This document shows positions 1-9,087 of a stretch of DNA of 38,886 nt, piece by piece. The notes under the pieces are model-generated. The model saw only the letters and a list, made by a program, of their open reading frames with translations. It was not told the DNA's origin and did no database searches. The DNA is taken from IMG/VR virus record IMGVR_UViG_3300033125_000723, positions 1-38,886 of that record. One strand, written 5' to 3'. Source of the stretch: a virus (taxonomy: Duplodnaviria; Caudoviricetes). Numbering within the stretch: the stretch's first letter is position 1; every line of letters starts with the position of its first letter. Position numbers and translations under genes: made by a program.

Positions 1-1007
1 ACCGACTGGATACGGTTGTACATATAGGGCATGGATTTAGAATAATAGCCAAATACTCCCACAAAGGGAAAATCATCAATTCCCAACGGTTGGGGTCCAT
101 CATAGAACACGCGATCCTGGATAGTGATACATAAGCGTACCGTAGGCACATATTTTTCTATGATCTTCAATTGTGAGTGTTGTTCTACTAATGCTTTGAC
201 ATCATCAGCGTCACGTGCAGTCACGTCCATGGTCTCGCCGGTAAGCATATCGTAAAGTTTTTTTTGCAAGCGGTAATCACGGTAATAGTACTCGTCATAG
301 GCTAGTTTTGGCCCCATAGAGTAGCCGCGGGCTGCTGCGGCATATTGAAAGCGTCCGTCTATGGTAGCTGCTTGCTGGTTACCCTGTAATGCCATGATAG
401 TATCATAGTCCTTTTCGGGCATGATAGCGGCAATCTCAGGCTTGGTGCGGTACGAGCGAACCATAATAAACGTCGCATCAGAAAGATCCGGCTCCCTAAA
501 GTAGGGATCAATCATAAAATCATTGTAGGCGAGGTTGCGTATTTTTACATCACCGTTAAGCGGATCATCTGAGAAGTCCAAATAGACTTGTAACAGATTC
601 ATACCTGAGATTATTGATCCTTCATGAAAGGCATCAGAAATCTTTTCATAGATATTCTGATGCTTATACAGGTTCATAAGTATCTTGGTATATTGATCAG
701 CGGTCTTTTGGTCAGAGCCTTCAAGGGGAACTACAATAGTAGATTTACGGTTTCTGCGTTGGTACCCGGAAAGCATGAGGCCAATCGGCCGTGCTCTATT
801 AAAATAGTAATTTGATGAACCGATGGTCGCTGGGTTGTTGCCCCATACGTTCATGATGGTCGGGTCACCTGCTTCGAGCCGAACGTTTTGTGATGCGCGT
901 GACCAGAAAACATTCCATATCGATTGGTTATTTTGATAATCGGAATCTTTTTTTGCTTTGATAGCGCTAAAATCTTGATCAAACGTTTCTGGTGAATCAA
1001 AAATCAT
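1..1007 (-). CDS. Portal protein, N-terminal part (continues at 38886)
   Basis: Not in the ORF track. Translated by hand: AGGAG RBS, ATG at 1007, open to base 1 (MIFDSPETFDQDF...YFNRARP...GYQRRNRKS...IDPYFREPDLSDA...DDFPFVGVFGYY...YNRIQS); motifs typical of P22-like portals. Confidence 0.9.
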   Translation of the reverse strand, partial: MIFDSPETFDQDFSAIKAKKDSDYQNNQSIWNVFWSRASQNVRLEAGDPTIMNVWGNNPATIGSSNYYFNRARPIGLMLSGYQRRNRKSTIVVPLEGSDQKTADQYTKILMNLYKHQNIYEKISDAFHEGSIISGMNLLQVYLDFSDDPLNGDVKIRNLAYNDFMIDPYFREPDLSDATFIMVRSYRTKPEIAAIMPEKDYDTIMALQGNQQAATIDGRFQYAAAARGYSMGPKLAYDEYYYRDYRLQKKLYDMLTGETMDVTARDADDVKALVEQHSQLKIIEKYVPTVRLCITIQDRVFYDGPQPLGIDDFPFVGVFGYYSKSMPYMYNRIQS

Positions 1008-1038
1008 TCTTCTCTCCTGCTAGGGATATTTTTCCCCT

Positions 1039-1068
1039 AGTGTAGATAAGAACTTTCTCGTGGCGCAA
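1039..1068 (-). promoter_or_regulatory. Putative late promoter for the portal operon (TTGCGC-18 bp-TACACT)
   Basis: Same pattern and spacing recur upstream of the capsid and tail-fibre operons. Confidence 0.5.
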
Positions 1069-1071
1069 CAG

Positions 1072-1332
1072 TTATTTTAAAGGCTGATTTCTATAGTAAC
1101 AATCATCAATTTCTTTTTGCATGGCCAAGGTGATTCCATACTTATACAAAACAGAGGGCCGTGTAACACTGCGTCGGTATTGGGGAATCTCAGAATCAAT
1201 TACAATATCAGTCGGGAGATGCTTATAACATCGGGTCTTAGTCTTATAACGTCCGGATATCGAATAATACACGGCAGGCCGTAAACAACAGTCACAGGTA
1301 TAGGCACTCTTGGCAGTCGAATAGTCTTCCAT
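1072..1332 (-). CDS. Hypothetical protein (Cys-containing)
   Basis: 86-aa ORF translationally coupled to the upstream gene. Confidence 0.65.
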   Translation of the reverse strand: MEDYSTAKSAYTCDCCLRPAVYYSISGRYKTKTRCYKHLPTDIVIDSEIPQYRRSVTRPSVLYKYGITLAMQKEIDDCYYRNQPLK

Positions 1333-1598
1333 TACTGATCCATGGTAAACAGAACTTGTGACTCATGAATATGTAGTTCACCAAATCCAATATCAGTACC
1401 CGTATGCCTGCGCATAAAGATATAATCACCCGGCTTACACAGTTCTTTATAGGTCAATTCTCCCACAAATAGAACCTTTGCTTTTTGCAATTCCGTCTCA
1501 AATCCTTCGGATATAATAATGCCCGATTGCGTGACCTGTTCGTTAGATACGGGTTCAACGATGAGTGTACCTTTGTTAGGTTTTTTTACTAAATTCAT
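1332..1598 (-). CDS. groES: GroES/Cpn10-like co-chaperonin
   Basis: KP..GTLIVEP...EQVTQSGIII mobile loop, AKVLFVG, KPGDYIF, HESQVL; 88 aa. Confidence 0.85.
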   Translation of the reverse strand: MNLVKKPNKGTLIVEPVSNEQVTQSGIIISEGFETELQKAKVLFVGELTYKELCKPGDYIFMRRHTGTDIGFGELHIHESQVLFTMDQ

Positions 1599-1867
1599 TG
1601 AGATATCTCCTTATTGGGTTTTACCAGATCATGCACATACATCCAGTGGGTCACGTCGCCTAATTTCATAAAGGTTTTTTCTTTGTGGGGCATGCATTCT
1701 TGAATGGGAATAGACTCCATCTCTTTTTCCTGTTCCCATAAACGTACAAAAAGTTTCGAGTCTAAAATACCTTCCATATGTATCATGCCGATTTTCTTTT
1801 TTGCCTTTAAAAGAACCCATGCATAAGGCATAGTAGGCAGTTCTTTTTTAACTGATATCCACATCAT
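1595..1867 (-). CDS. DUF551-like protein
   Basis: WISVKKELP start and VTHWM end. Confidence 0.7.
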   Translation of the reverse strand: MMWISVKKELPTMPYAWVLLKAKKKIGMIHMEGILDSKLFVRLWEQEKEMESIPIQECMPHKEKTFMKLGDVTHWMYVHDLVKPNKEISQ

Positions 1868-2139
1868 TTAAATCCTTTTCTGAGAAGCTCTCGTTTTTCA
1901 GTACTCTGTAAACGGTTCTTTTTTTGTAACATGGAATCAAGACGCGAAAGTGGAGCTTTAATACATTTGCAGAATTCGCAGTGTTTTTTTATCTTTTCTT
2001 GCCATCTTAAAACGTATTCAAATTCCCCATATAATTCATCAAGAACTTCGTCAAGGCGTGAATCATTTTTTTCCTCTATCAAATTAATTAGTTCTAATAA
2101 ATGTTTTAACTCCAATAAAGATTCATTCATTAAACTCAT
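1864..2139 (-). CDS. Hypothetical protein
   Basis: 91-aa ORF abutting TerL; contains CxxC. Confidence 0.65.
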   Translation of the reverse strand: MSLMNESLLELKHLLELINLIEEKNDSRLDEVLDELYGEFEYVLRWQEKIKKHCEFCKCIKAPLSRLDSMLQKKNRLQSTEKRELLRKGFK

Positions 2140-3522
2140 CTAAAATCCTTGCTCTTTAAGTCCCTTTTGGAAGATTCGTGGTAGGCCAGCATGCTTTCCA
2201 TACAGTGCTTCGTTTCGTATCTTGTCGTATTCTGCCCCTGATTTACCCGCTGTCGTGTGATGGAGGCCTATAAATATCGCCATAAAGGCAGAACTATAGT
2301 TACTCGCCCAGTTGTGCACGGGATTACGCTTATACACCTGTCTTTGCTCATCCCATTCACGATAGTAGTTCTCTAATGCATCAATGAGTGACTTGCATTT
2401 TACCGAGTCTATCCAAACTTTGGGGAAATGAGTTAACGCGTTCTCTACCTGATCAGATAAGAGTACTTGGGGTAGTACGGTAAACTCTATGTCCAAATTA
2501 CGGGCTTTCTCATAGCGGGTAATAGCGCCTGCACCCCACTCGCGTACCGCTAAATCGTGAGGGCCCAGGTGAACACCGTAGCGGTATGGCTTGGATTGTA
2601 TTATTGCTGCGTAGGCATCAAGGCCAAGCTGTGATGAACTATAACAATCGAATATGCGGATTACTGTCCCGTCTCCAACGACAGAAAAAAAGATAATCGT
2701 CGTTTCGTTACCCGTAGAGAGTCCTATATCCCATGCAGTGTGTACCAGGAGTCCAGGTTCCCAGGTAACTGAGGTAATATGGCCTTCTTTGCGCAGAGAA
2801 TTGAGTGCGGTTCCGAAGATGGCTCCACTAATGCCCCTCTCAAAACTGCATTCATATTCTTGAGCGAATAATTCGGGACTCATACGCTTACGCTCAGCCT
2901 CAAGAGCTTCAGGGGGGATATGTTTGGTCTCATGTACTGTGCGTAGGTATGTCCACCAATCTGGTAGTTCTTGTGCCATTTTATATATGGTATAGAAGGA
3001 ATTTTTCCCTTGCGGAGTGCTAGCCAGGCATACCCATCCACCATTGGCCGTCACGATAGGCATCACCGTATCTAATACCGTAGGGTCATCGTAATAGGCA
3101 TACTCTGAAAGAATTATGCCATACGGGTTCGTTCCACGAAACGAAGAATGATGTGAATCAGCGCCCACAAACTGCAAGATCGAACCGTTCACAAAGGTGA
3201 TCTTCATCTCGGATTGATTAACCTTCTCAATAAGACGAGGTGGAATGTATTCTAAAAACTTCTTCCCATCAGAATCAATAGCATCCCAGAGCGTCTTGCG
3301 TACCGCGCCGTAGTTTACCCCTGCGTACATTACTAAGCAGGTCTTCTGGAGGCATTGATCGATGGCACAGTTGAGGAGGGTGAGATCCTTGCCGGCACGT
3401 CGGGGCAGTACCACGACCATACGTCGGCATCCTTGACGGAATAGGACATCAATGATCGGCTCTTGATATGGCCGTGGTTGAAACGAGGAACGTATAATCT
3501 GATCTTCTACATTGAGATTCAT
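2140..3522 (-). CDS. terL: Terminase large subunit
   Basis: PRPYQ adenine-binding motif, Walker A PRRAGKD, Walker B variant IILSE, STPQG coupling motif, FAQEYECSF linker, TAWDIG nuclease strand. Confidence 0.95.
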   Translation of the reverse strand: MNLNVEDQIIRSSFQPRPYQEPIIDVLFRQGCRRMVVVLPRRAGKDLTLLNCAIDQCLQKTCLVMYAGVNYGAVRKTLWDAIDSDGKKFLEYIPPRLIEKVNQSEMKITFVNGSILQFVGADSHHSSFRGTNPYGIILSEYAYYDDPTVLDTVMPIVTANGGWVCLASTPQGKNSFYTIYKMAQELPDWWTYLRTVHETKHIPPEALEAERKRMSPELFAQEYECSFERGISGAIFGTALNSLRKEGHITSVTWEPGLLVHTAWDIGLSTGNETTIIFFSVVGDGTVIRIFDCYSSSQLGLDAYAAIIQSKPYRYGVHLGPHDLAVREWGAGAITRYEKARNLDIEFTVLPQVLLSDQVENALTHFPKVWIDSVKCKSLIDALENYYREWDEQRQVYKRNPVHNWASNYSSAFMAIFIGLHHTTAGKSGAEYDKIRNEALYGKHAGLPRIFQKGLKEQGF

Positions 3523-3899
3523 GCTTTACGGGCTCTGCGTGGTTTTGTTTCTTCAACAGGTGCTATTTCAACATAAACCGGTGCTTTTTCTATTAAGGCT
3601 GCCTTCTGATAATCCGCAATCGTCTGCTCAAGATGGTGTATCTTTTTTTTCAGATCGTCATTCTCTGATTCAATTTGTGAAAACTTTTCGCTGAGCTTAT
3701 TAAACATTCTTACGGCACTTTCCTCAATTGAAGCTGTTATAACATACTGATTACATAATGAAACAACACGATCTTTTAATTCTGTGTTTTCTGTTTGTTG
3801 CATCAGATTTGTATTTTGTAATGCAGCATTGAGTGATCTAAGATTTAAAATCTCTTTCCAATAGCTCTCTTCATTACAGCTTCCCCAGTGAATCTTCAT
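3519..3899 (-). CDS. Hypothetical coiled-coil protein
   Basis: 126-aa ORF with ATGA overlaps at both ends; heptad-like pattern. Confidence 0.7.
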   Translation of the reverse strand: MKIHWGSCNEESYWKEILNLRSLNAALQNTNLMQQTENTELKDRVVSLCNQYVITASIEESAVRMFNKLSEKFSQIESENDDLKKKIHHLEQTIADYQKAALIEKAPVYVEIAPVEETKPRRARKA

Positions 3900-4405
3900 T
3901 TCTTATCCTTTTTCTTTTGTTTATATTCTTTTCCTGCTTCAGTTGGATTTACCTGCATTCCAAAATAATTTATTATGCCCTTGGTTGCTGCCACAGTTGC
4001 GTCTTGCTTTTGCTTATCTTCGTATTCTGCCAAGTCTGGATTATAAAGAGGCCGCTCTCTGTTTATGATTTGAGCAAATTTTCCTTCTTTTATTAAGATT
4101 GCATTATGTCGGGACTTTAGAAACGCATAAAGCTCTTGTATATATTCCTGAAAAATTGGCTCCTGATTCGGCCATTGTTTTCTTATTTTGTAGGGTGCAT
4201 ATCCCTTAGAGATTGCAAAGTCATCAATATCAACAGCCCATTCATTTGTGGTGTAGAATGTACGCATTTCTTCGATAAGTGAAACCCATCCTGAAAGCAT
4301 TTTGGGTTTTTTTGCGTCTGTTAGCTCTCTTTTCTTCTCTTTACGTCGCGCGTTCATTAGCGTTGCTTCTTCAGTAGATCGTACTCCACGATATCCAATG
4401 CTCAT
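3896..4405 (-). CDS. Hypothetical protein, candidate terminase small subunit
   Basis: 169 aa, helical, basic C-terminus, two genes upstream of terL; function inferred from position only. Confidence 0.45.
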   Translation of the reverse strand: MSIGYRGVRSTEEATLMNARRKEKKRELTDAKKPKMLSGWVSLIEEMRTFYTTNEWAVDIDDFAISKGYAPYKIRKQWPNQEPIFQEYIQELYAFLKSRHNAILIKEGKFAQIINRERPLYNPDLAEYEDKQKQDATVAATKGIINYFGMQVNPTEAGKEYKQKKKDKK

Positions 4406-4794
4406 GTTAGCTCCGTTATTTTAAAGTATACGCGCGGGTGTTTATCATAGATGGCAAGCCATGATCCCTGTGCGCATTGGCGGTCATCGTGCCATACTAC
4501 AGCAGTTTGTGTAATGGAATCTTTTATGTGTTTTATTAAGTTATCTTTATCGGGAGTTGTCCAATGATAATAGACTTCTTCGGGTTTTCGTTTTCGTTTG
4601 GGAAAAGGCATATAAAAGATAATATCAAGGCAGAGTGGCCCATTGAATTTAGGTTCGGACCCATGAGTCCGTGCTATAGAAAGGCCATAGGCTAGTTTCT
4701 CATGGGTTTGAGTATCATAGTAATGGCCGTTGGCATGGCCTGCTCGTTTCCAGGCTATGGGCTTGATGTCTATCGTGTATTCTTTGCTTCTCAT
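4402..4794 (-). CDS. rusA: RusA-family Holliday junction resolvase
   Basis: PDKDNLIKHIKD and WHDDRQ acidic motifs; PRVYFKITEL end. Confidence 0.9.
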   Translation of the reverse strand: MRSKEYTIDIKPIAWKRAGHANGHYYDTQTHEKLAYGLSIARTHGSEPKFNGPLCLDIIFYMPFPKRKRKPEEVYYHWTTPDKDNLIKHIKDSITQTAVVWHDDRQCAQGSWLAIYDKHPRVYFKITELT

Positions 4795-4874
4795 CTATCT
4801 CCCCTTTTAGAAATAGTTTCAAATTTAGCCAGAGAATACTAAAATGGGGTAATTTTTACAATAAAGGAGTCTTT

Positions 4875-5186
4875 ATGAAATTAAATACGCTGCTGCATGC
4901 CTTTCAGGATGAGTTTAAACGGGAGTGGGAGAACTATGTTAAACAGGATGAACGTCTGATGGCCTTTCGGGGGAAGGAGATTAATGAGGGTAATATTGGG
5001 GTGATCAATGAGATCGTAACTGAGATACAGGATAGTTACGCGCGTATGCATGAGTCTTTGTACTATATCCACAACGCGGCTCCTAATTGTATGGCGTTGA
5101 TAAAAGAACATAAGAAGTTTGTGGATGATCTTAAGGCGGCCGGTGGCGTACCTGATAAGCCCGTGGTTGAAGAGGTGAGCGCATGA
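4875..5186 (+). CDS. Hypothetical protein, first gene of the rightward early operon
   Basis: AAGGAG RBS; divergent from rusA. Confidence 0.75.
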   Translation: MKLNTLLHAFQDEFKREWENYVKQDERLMAFRGKEINEGNIGVINEIVTEIQDSYARMHESLYYIHNAAPNCMALIKEHKKFVDDLKAAGGVPDKPVVEEVSA

Positions 5187-5842
5187 ACAGAAGTGAGAGT
5201 ATAGATAAGTTAGTAGAATCCTTTAGTAAAGCGCAGGGTTCTTTTAAGAGACTGGTCCCTAACGAGTATGCGGCCGGGGGTAAGTTTGCGAACTTAGAGG
5301 CGGTATTAGATTCGGTCAGAGAAGCCTTGAGTTCTAATGGGTTGAGCTTTTACCAACAGATTGAGCTTCTTGAGGATGGCAATGGGGTGAGTCTGTTGCA
5401 TAGTGTTATTAGTCACAGTAGTGGCCAGTGGATAAGCACCAAGAGTAGAATCGTACCCGGGCCTACGTTTAGAGAGACGTTTAATTGTATAGAATCCTAT
5501 CGGAGATTGAGTGCGTTATTGTTGTTGGGCATAGCACCCAGTGGTAATGATCCGTTGATCCATGATGATAATGGTCAGGAACAGCAGGAAAAGGAGATGG
5601 TAAAGAATATTAAGCGGCCTGAGCTTGCGGTAAAGAGTGAGTTTCCTGAAACGGTAACGGCTGATCAGTATAAAGAGCTTATGTTCGAGCTTGATGGGTA
5701 TCCTGATATCGCTAAGGGGATCCAGGTGTTTTATAAGATCAGTTCATTGGCTGACTTGCCCAAGAGTGAGTACTATGTGGTACAGAATAAGATACGCAAG
5801 CTGAAAAAGACTCATGAAGATTATGCGGTGGCAAAACGATGA
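5183..5842 (+). CDS. erf: ERF-family single-strand annealing protein
   Basis: KFANLEAVLDSVREALSSNGLSFYQ, HSSGQWIS, SYRRLSALLLLGIA, DDNG. Confidence 0.85.
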   Translation: MNRSESIDKLVESFSKAQGSFKRLVPNEYAAGGKFANLEAVLDSVREALSSNGLSFYQQIELLEDGNGVSLLHSVISHSSGQWISTKSRIVPGPTFRETFNCIESYRRLSALLLLGIAPSGNDPLIHDDNGQEQQEKEMVKNIKRPELAVKSEFPETVTADQYKELMFELDGYPDIAKGIQVFYKISSLADLPKSEYYVVQNKIRKLKKTHEDYAVAKR

Positions 5843-6087
5843 AATGGACTTCGGTACAAAAAGGCAATCCAGAACTGAGTGGTCGTGTTTTATTGGTCGT
5901 TAATAATACCATAATACTGGGATATTATGTGAGATCTTATCCTCTTGGATATCTTGATGAGAATATCAATAAGGTTGAGCCAGAATATTGGGGGTATCTC
6001 GATGACATCCCAATGCCCGAAAAGGATTGCACTGAACCCTGTGAATTATGTAAGAATAGACATGCAGCGTATCACATTCCAAAATAG
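5839..6087 (+). CDS. DUF551-like protein
   Basis: MKWTSVQKGNPE...RVL...EYWG..IPMP. Confidence 0.6.
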   Translation: MKWTSVQKGNPELSGRVLLVVNNTIILGYYVRSYPLGYLDENINKVEPEYWGYLDDIPMPEKDCTEPCELCKNRHAAYHIPK

Positions 6088-6096
6088 GGGAATCTC

Positions 6097-6534
6097 ATGA
6101 AGATGCTTGTCTGTTTGTTGTTGTCTCAATCCATGTCTGCCATGCAATCCCCCAAGGCACTACGCCAGTCTACCTTTGTGGATATGCCAGCCATAGAACG
6201 AGACAGGTCACAGGACTTTCCCGGTGTGATGGTAGTACATAGAGGTGATACCCCTTCTGCTGAATCCTTACGGGTACCTATTCCAAGAATAGACGCCTCA
6301 AGTGATCTGCACAGAGGCAAGAGACTGTCTCAAGAGATACATATACACATAGAAGATCGCAAGGATACGCCCAGCACCCCCGCTAATAGTACCGAGGGTT
6401 CTGAAGATACCATACCCAAGCACAGTCATAATCGCAGAATGGTTGTGAGTAATAGCCTGTCTGCTATAGTTGCTACATTGGTCACGGCAGGCGTGACGTT
6501 GGCGATACACTTTAGTAGTTGTAAGAAGGATTAA
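6097..6534 (+). CDS. Signal-peptide protein with C-terminal transmembrane helix
   Basis: MKMLVCLLLSQSMSAMQ N-terminus, disordered middle, hydrophobic AIVATLVTAGVTLAI. Confidence 0.7.
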   Translation: MKMLVCLLLSQSMSAMQSPKALRQSTFVDMPAIERDRSQDFPGVMVVHRGDTPSAESLRVPIPRIDASSDLHRGKRLSQEIHIHIEDRKDTPSTPANSTEGSEDTIPKHSHNRRMVVSNSLSAIVATLVTAGVTLAIHFSSCKKD

Positions 6535-6940
6535 AATTGGGAATGTATACCGAGTTGGTATTAAAATGCCGACTGAAAAACAAAGAAGAATTACCAGAAG
6601 AGGTTAAAGAGGTTTTGTTGTATTTATTTGGTGAAAATCACCCAGAAATGGATCAACAAAAGTTGCCTGAACATCCTTTCTTTAAAACACCACGGTGGCA
6701 TATGATTGGTAGTTGCTCAAGCTATTCTCATGTCCCCTATCCTTATAACTATCTTAATTTCGACTCTGGCAAACTATTTTCACGAAGTGATTTAAAGAAT
6801 TATGATAATGAAATTGAATTATTCAGCAATTGGTTGATGCCCTATTTAGATCCAGAAATGAATGATTTTATGGGGTGGATTTGGTCCGAGGGATCACCCA
6901 AGCCAAAATTTATACACTTTAGTAGCTGTAAGAAGGATTA
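6505..6940 (+). repeat. 29-bp direct repeat (6505-6533 and 6912-6940, 28/29 identical) bracketing gene 6537-6941
   Basis: atacactttagtagYtgtaagaaggatta; both genes end in IHFSSCKKD. Confidence 0.95.
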
Positions 6941-6941
6941 G
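6537..6941 (+). CDS. Phage hypothetical protein (MGMYTE-type N-terminus)
   Basis: 134-aa ORF with LKNYDNEIELF..WL.PY motif; start is TTG 6537 or ATG 6543. Confidence 0.75.
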   Translation: MGMYTELVLKCRLKNKEELPEEVKEVLLYLFGENHPEMDQQKLPEHPFFKTPRWHMIGSCSSYSHVPYPYNYLNFDSGKLFSRSDLKNYDNEIELFSNWLMPYLDPEMNDFMGWIWSEGSPKPKFIHFSSCKKD

Positions 6942-6943
6942 AA

Positions 6944-7555
6944 ATGAAATGTTTTACCAATAATTGTACTCAAGAAGCAATTGCGCCTCGTAGCATGTAT
7001 GGACTTGATAAAAAGGGAAACCCAACAAAAAAAACAGGGAACCCTATCTTGGATGAACAAAGATGGCTCTGTGCCGATCACTTAATGGAAAATCGCTGGC
7101 AGCAAGAGATGACGCAAACATGGTGCTTTTTCCTTTTAAAGCGATATATGGCAGTACTAAAAAATCTCTACCATACGCCCGATCATGACAAGGACCTTTT
7201 GAATGACATTGAAACATCGTTTTTACCGTGTGTGCGTGGTGAATGTCAAGGCTGCACCCAATACCCCAAACAATGTCATAATCGTGAGATCACTTTTGAT
7301 GAAAGGTATCAAGATTATATCGATGCATGGCACTATGCGCAGAGTGAATTAATAAAAAAAAGAAAATTGTCATGTACAAAACCTGACTGCGTGCTGTGCC
7401 ATGACGCGCAAAAGTGTATTTTCTCTGATTGCAAAGAATCAGCTTTTTATCCTGTGTTTAATGGAAGCCCGTTAATTACAGGATATCAATGCGAAGGCCA
7501 TCGTTATGCAAGGCCGAATGATAGGATGTTTCCAGTTTTTAAAGGAAAAGAATGA
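6944..7555 (+). CDS. Cys/His-rich hypothetical protein, probably zinc-binding
   Basis: Repeated CxxxxC and CxxH motifs. Confidence 0.7.
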   Translation: MKCFTNNCTQEAIAPRSMYGLDKKGNPTKKTGNPILDEQRWLCADHLMENRWQQEMTQTWCFFLLKRYMAVLKNLYHTPDHDKDLLNDIETSFLPCVRGECQGCTQYPKQCHNREITFDERYQDYIDAWHYAQSELIKKRKLSCTKPDCVLCHDAQKCIFSDCKESAFYPVFNGSPLITGYQCEGHRYARPNDRMFPVFKGKE

Positions 7556-7821
7556 ACCTCACAAAAAAATTAGCTGAAATACAAGATTTTTTAAACGAAA
7601 ACCCTTCGGTAAATGCTGATGAGAACCCAATCTTATTTGCACAACATATGGCTTTTTGTCAGTTTGTACTCAATCATGCCCCGCATGCCTTCCAAAATAT
7701 AAGCAATTTTAAAAAATTCATTGAATCAAACCCTGACGAATCATCAAATGCTTTACGGGGAATTAATGAAACGTTATCTCGGTTTCAGCATAATTTAATA
7801 AACGTACATTTTAGTAAGTAA
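7552..7821 (+). CDS. Hypothetical protein
   Basis: ATGA-coupled 89-aa ORF. Confidence 0.65.
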   Translation: MNLTKKLAEIQDFLNENPSVNADENPILFAQHMAFCQFVLNHAPHAFQNISNFKKFIESNPDESSNALRGINETLSRFQHNLINVHFSK

Positions 7822-7823
7822 TC

Positions 7824-7982
7824 ATGAAGCTTGTCCCACAATCTCCACCCCGTATTGAGCAAGCACCTGCCCAAATGGTTCGCGTGAAGCGTGACAGGGA
7901 CCTGGTATTCAAGGACAGCGTAAATGGTACAATATGGGCGGTGATATTTAATTATTTTCCTGAAAGAAAGGGTGATGAATGA
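7824..7982 (+). CDS. Small hypothetical protein (52 aa, MKLVPQSPP...RKGDE)
   Basis: Hand-translated; fills the gap exactly and overlaps the next ATG as ATGA. Confidence 0.6.
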   Translation: MKLVPQSPPRIEQAPAQMVRVKRDRDLVFKDSVNGTIWAVIFNYFPERKGDE

Positions 7983-8221
7983 AGTGGCTAATACTTTTTT
8001 TAATGTGCTCTCCAATATATGCCCTCAAAATAAAACATATAACTCATGAAGGGTATTATTACTGGAGGACAGAGCGGACTTGTGATGACACACCTTTGAG
8101 CAAAAAGGTAGATCAATTTATTAAAAATAAAAAGATCATAGATATTAAGTATTCTTCATCATTGAGTACTTATAAGGGTACTGTTTATTATGAATATTCT
8201 GTTCTCATTATGTATGAGTGA
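7979..8221 (+). CDS. Small signal-peptide protein
   Basis: MKWLILFLMCSPIYA; C-terminal KIIDIKYSSS...YSVLIMYE resembles Cse60/DUF2758-like small proteins. Confidence 0.6.
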   Translation: MKWLILFLMCSPIYALKIKHITHEGYYYWRTERTCDDTPLSKKVDQFIKNKKIIDIKYSSSLSTYKGTVYYEYSVLIMYE

Positions 8222-8418
8222 AAATGAAGTGGATCCCAGTTAAAGATCGATTGCCTGAAGAAAAAGATGACTATTTGACTACAAATTTAGAATTTCCATG
8301 CATTAGCACCTTTTATCCTGACATTCAAGAATGGTCATGCTGGCATGATAGTGAATATTGCAGCCCATGTAAGGTTGTATATTGGGCTAAAATAAAACCA
8401 CCAAAGGATGATGAATGA
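8218..8418 (+). CDS. DUF551-like protein
   Basis: KWIPVKDRLPEE...VVYWAKIKPP. Confidence 0.75.
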   Translation: MKMKWIPVKDRLPEEKDDYLTTNLEFPCISTFYPDIQEWSCWHDSEYCSPCKVVYWAKIKPPKDDE

Positions 8419-8744
8419 TTGATATGTATGGAAAGACTATAGTCTTAAAGCCATCTATAAAAATTGATGATATTCCTTTAGAGCATAATGATCATACTTT
8501 TTATGATTGTTATGAACCACGATGTTTAAAAAGCCTCTGCGAATGTTCAGAAGATCATGATTTTTGGACATCAGAAAAAGATTGGTCGGCGTGTCCATAT
8601 ATTCAGGCGGGACAATTAAAACATGAACATAAAAATAGGTGTCCTGAATGTGATCGATTAATACAAAAAGAAGTTGCCACCTTACTTGGAAAATCATTAC
8701 AACAAACAGAAAAACAATTAATGAATGACTGGGACGATGAATGA
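8415..8744 (+). CDS. Cys/His-rich hypothetical protein
   Basis: ATGA-coupled 109-aa ORF containing CPEC. Confidence 0.65.
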   Translation: MIDMYGKTIVLKPSIKIDDIPLEHNDHTFYDCYEPRCLKSLCECSEDHDFWTSEKDWSACPYIQAGQLKHEHKNRCPECDRLIQKEVATLLGKSLQQTEKQLMNDWDDE

Positions 8745-8971
8745 AGTGGGTCTCTGTTAAGGAGCGATTGCCTGAGAATGACGAAAGCGTATTAATTTAT
8801 TTTAAAGATGAGTTTCGTGAATATATTTATACAGGATCATTTACTGAAGGGTCATGTGATTATTGCGAAAGAAAAACTTGCTTCATAGAAACTTATGGGA
8901 ATAATATTTTCCATTTTCCCTACGTAACTTACTGGGCAGTCATACCAGAACCACCAAAGGATGATAAATGA
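8741..8971 (+). CDS. DUF551-like protein
   Basis: MKWVSVKERLPEND.SVL...VTYWAVIPEPP. Confidence 0.8.
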   Translation: MKWVSVKERLPENDESVLIYFKDEFREYIYTGSFTEGSCDYCERKTCFIETYGNNIFHFPYVTYWAVIPEPPKDDK

Positions 8972-9087
8972 CCATCATAGTACTCATATTTATACTTCTA
9001 CCCAAACCACAACCTGGCCTCCTGTCACTACCCATAAAGCCAGTGCATGAGATCATACAAAACAACTATGTAACGGGAATTCGATGA
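8968..9087 (+). CDS. Small hydrophobic peptide (39 aa, MTIIVLIFILLPKP...)
   Basis: Hand-translated; ATGA overlaps at both ends. Confidence 0.5.
   Translation: MTIIVLIFILLPKPQPGLLSLPIKPVHEIIQNNYVTGIR

Larger units (their letters stand above)
8396..8971 (+). repeat. 23-bp direct repeat (8396-8418 and 8949-8971, 22/23 identical)
   Basis: aaccaccaaaggatgatRaatga at the 3' ends of two DUF551 genes. Confidence 0.9.

Noticed and set aside
624-815. 63-aa plus-strand ORF
   Set aside because: Antisense to the portal N-terminal coding region
1860-2152. Possible direct repeat (aaggattt...atga) around gene 1864-2139
   Set aside because: Only about 8 bp match, explained by RBS plus start codon
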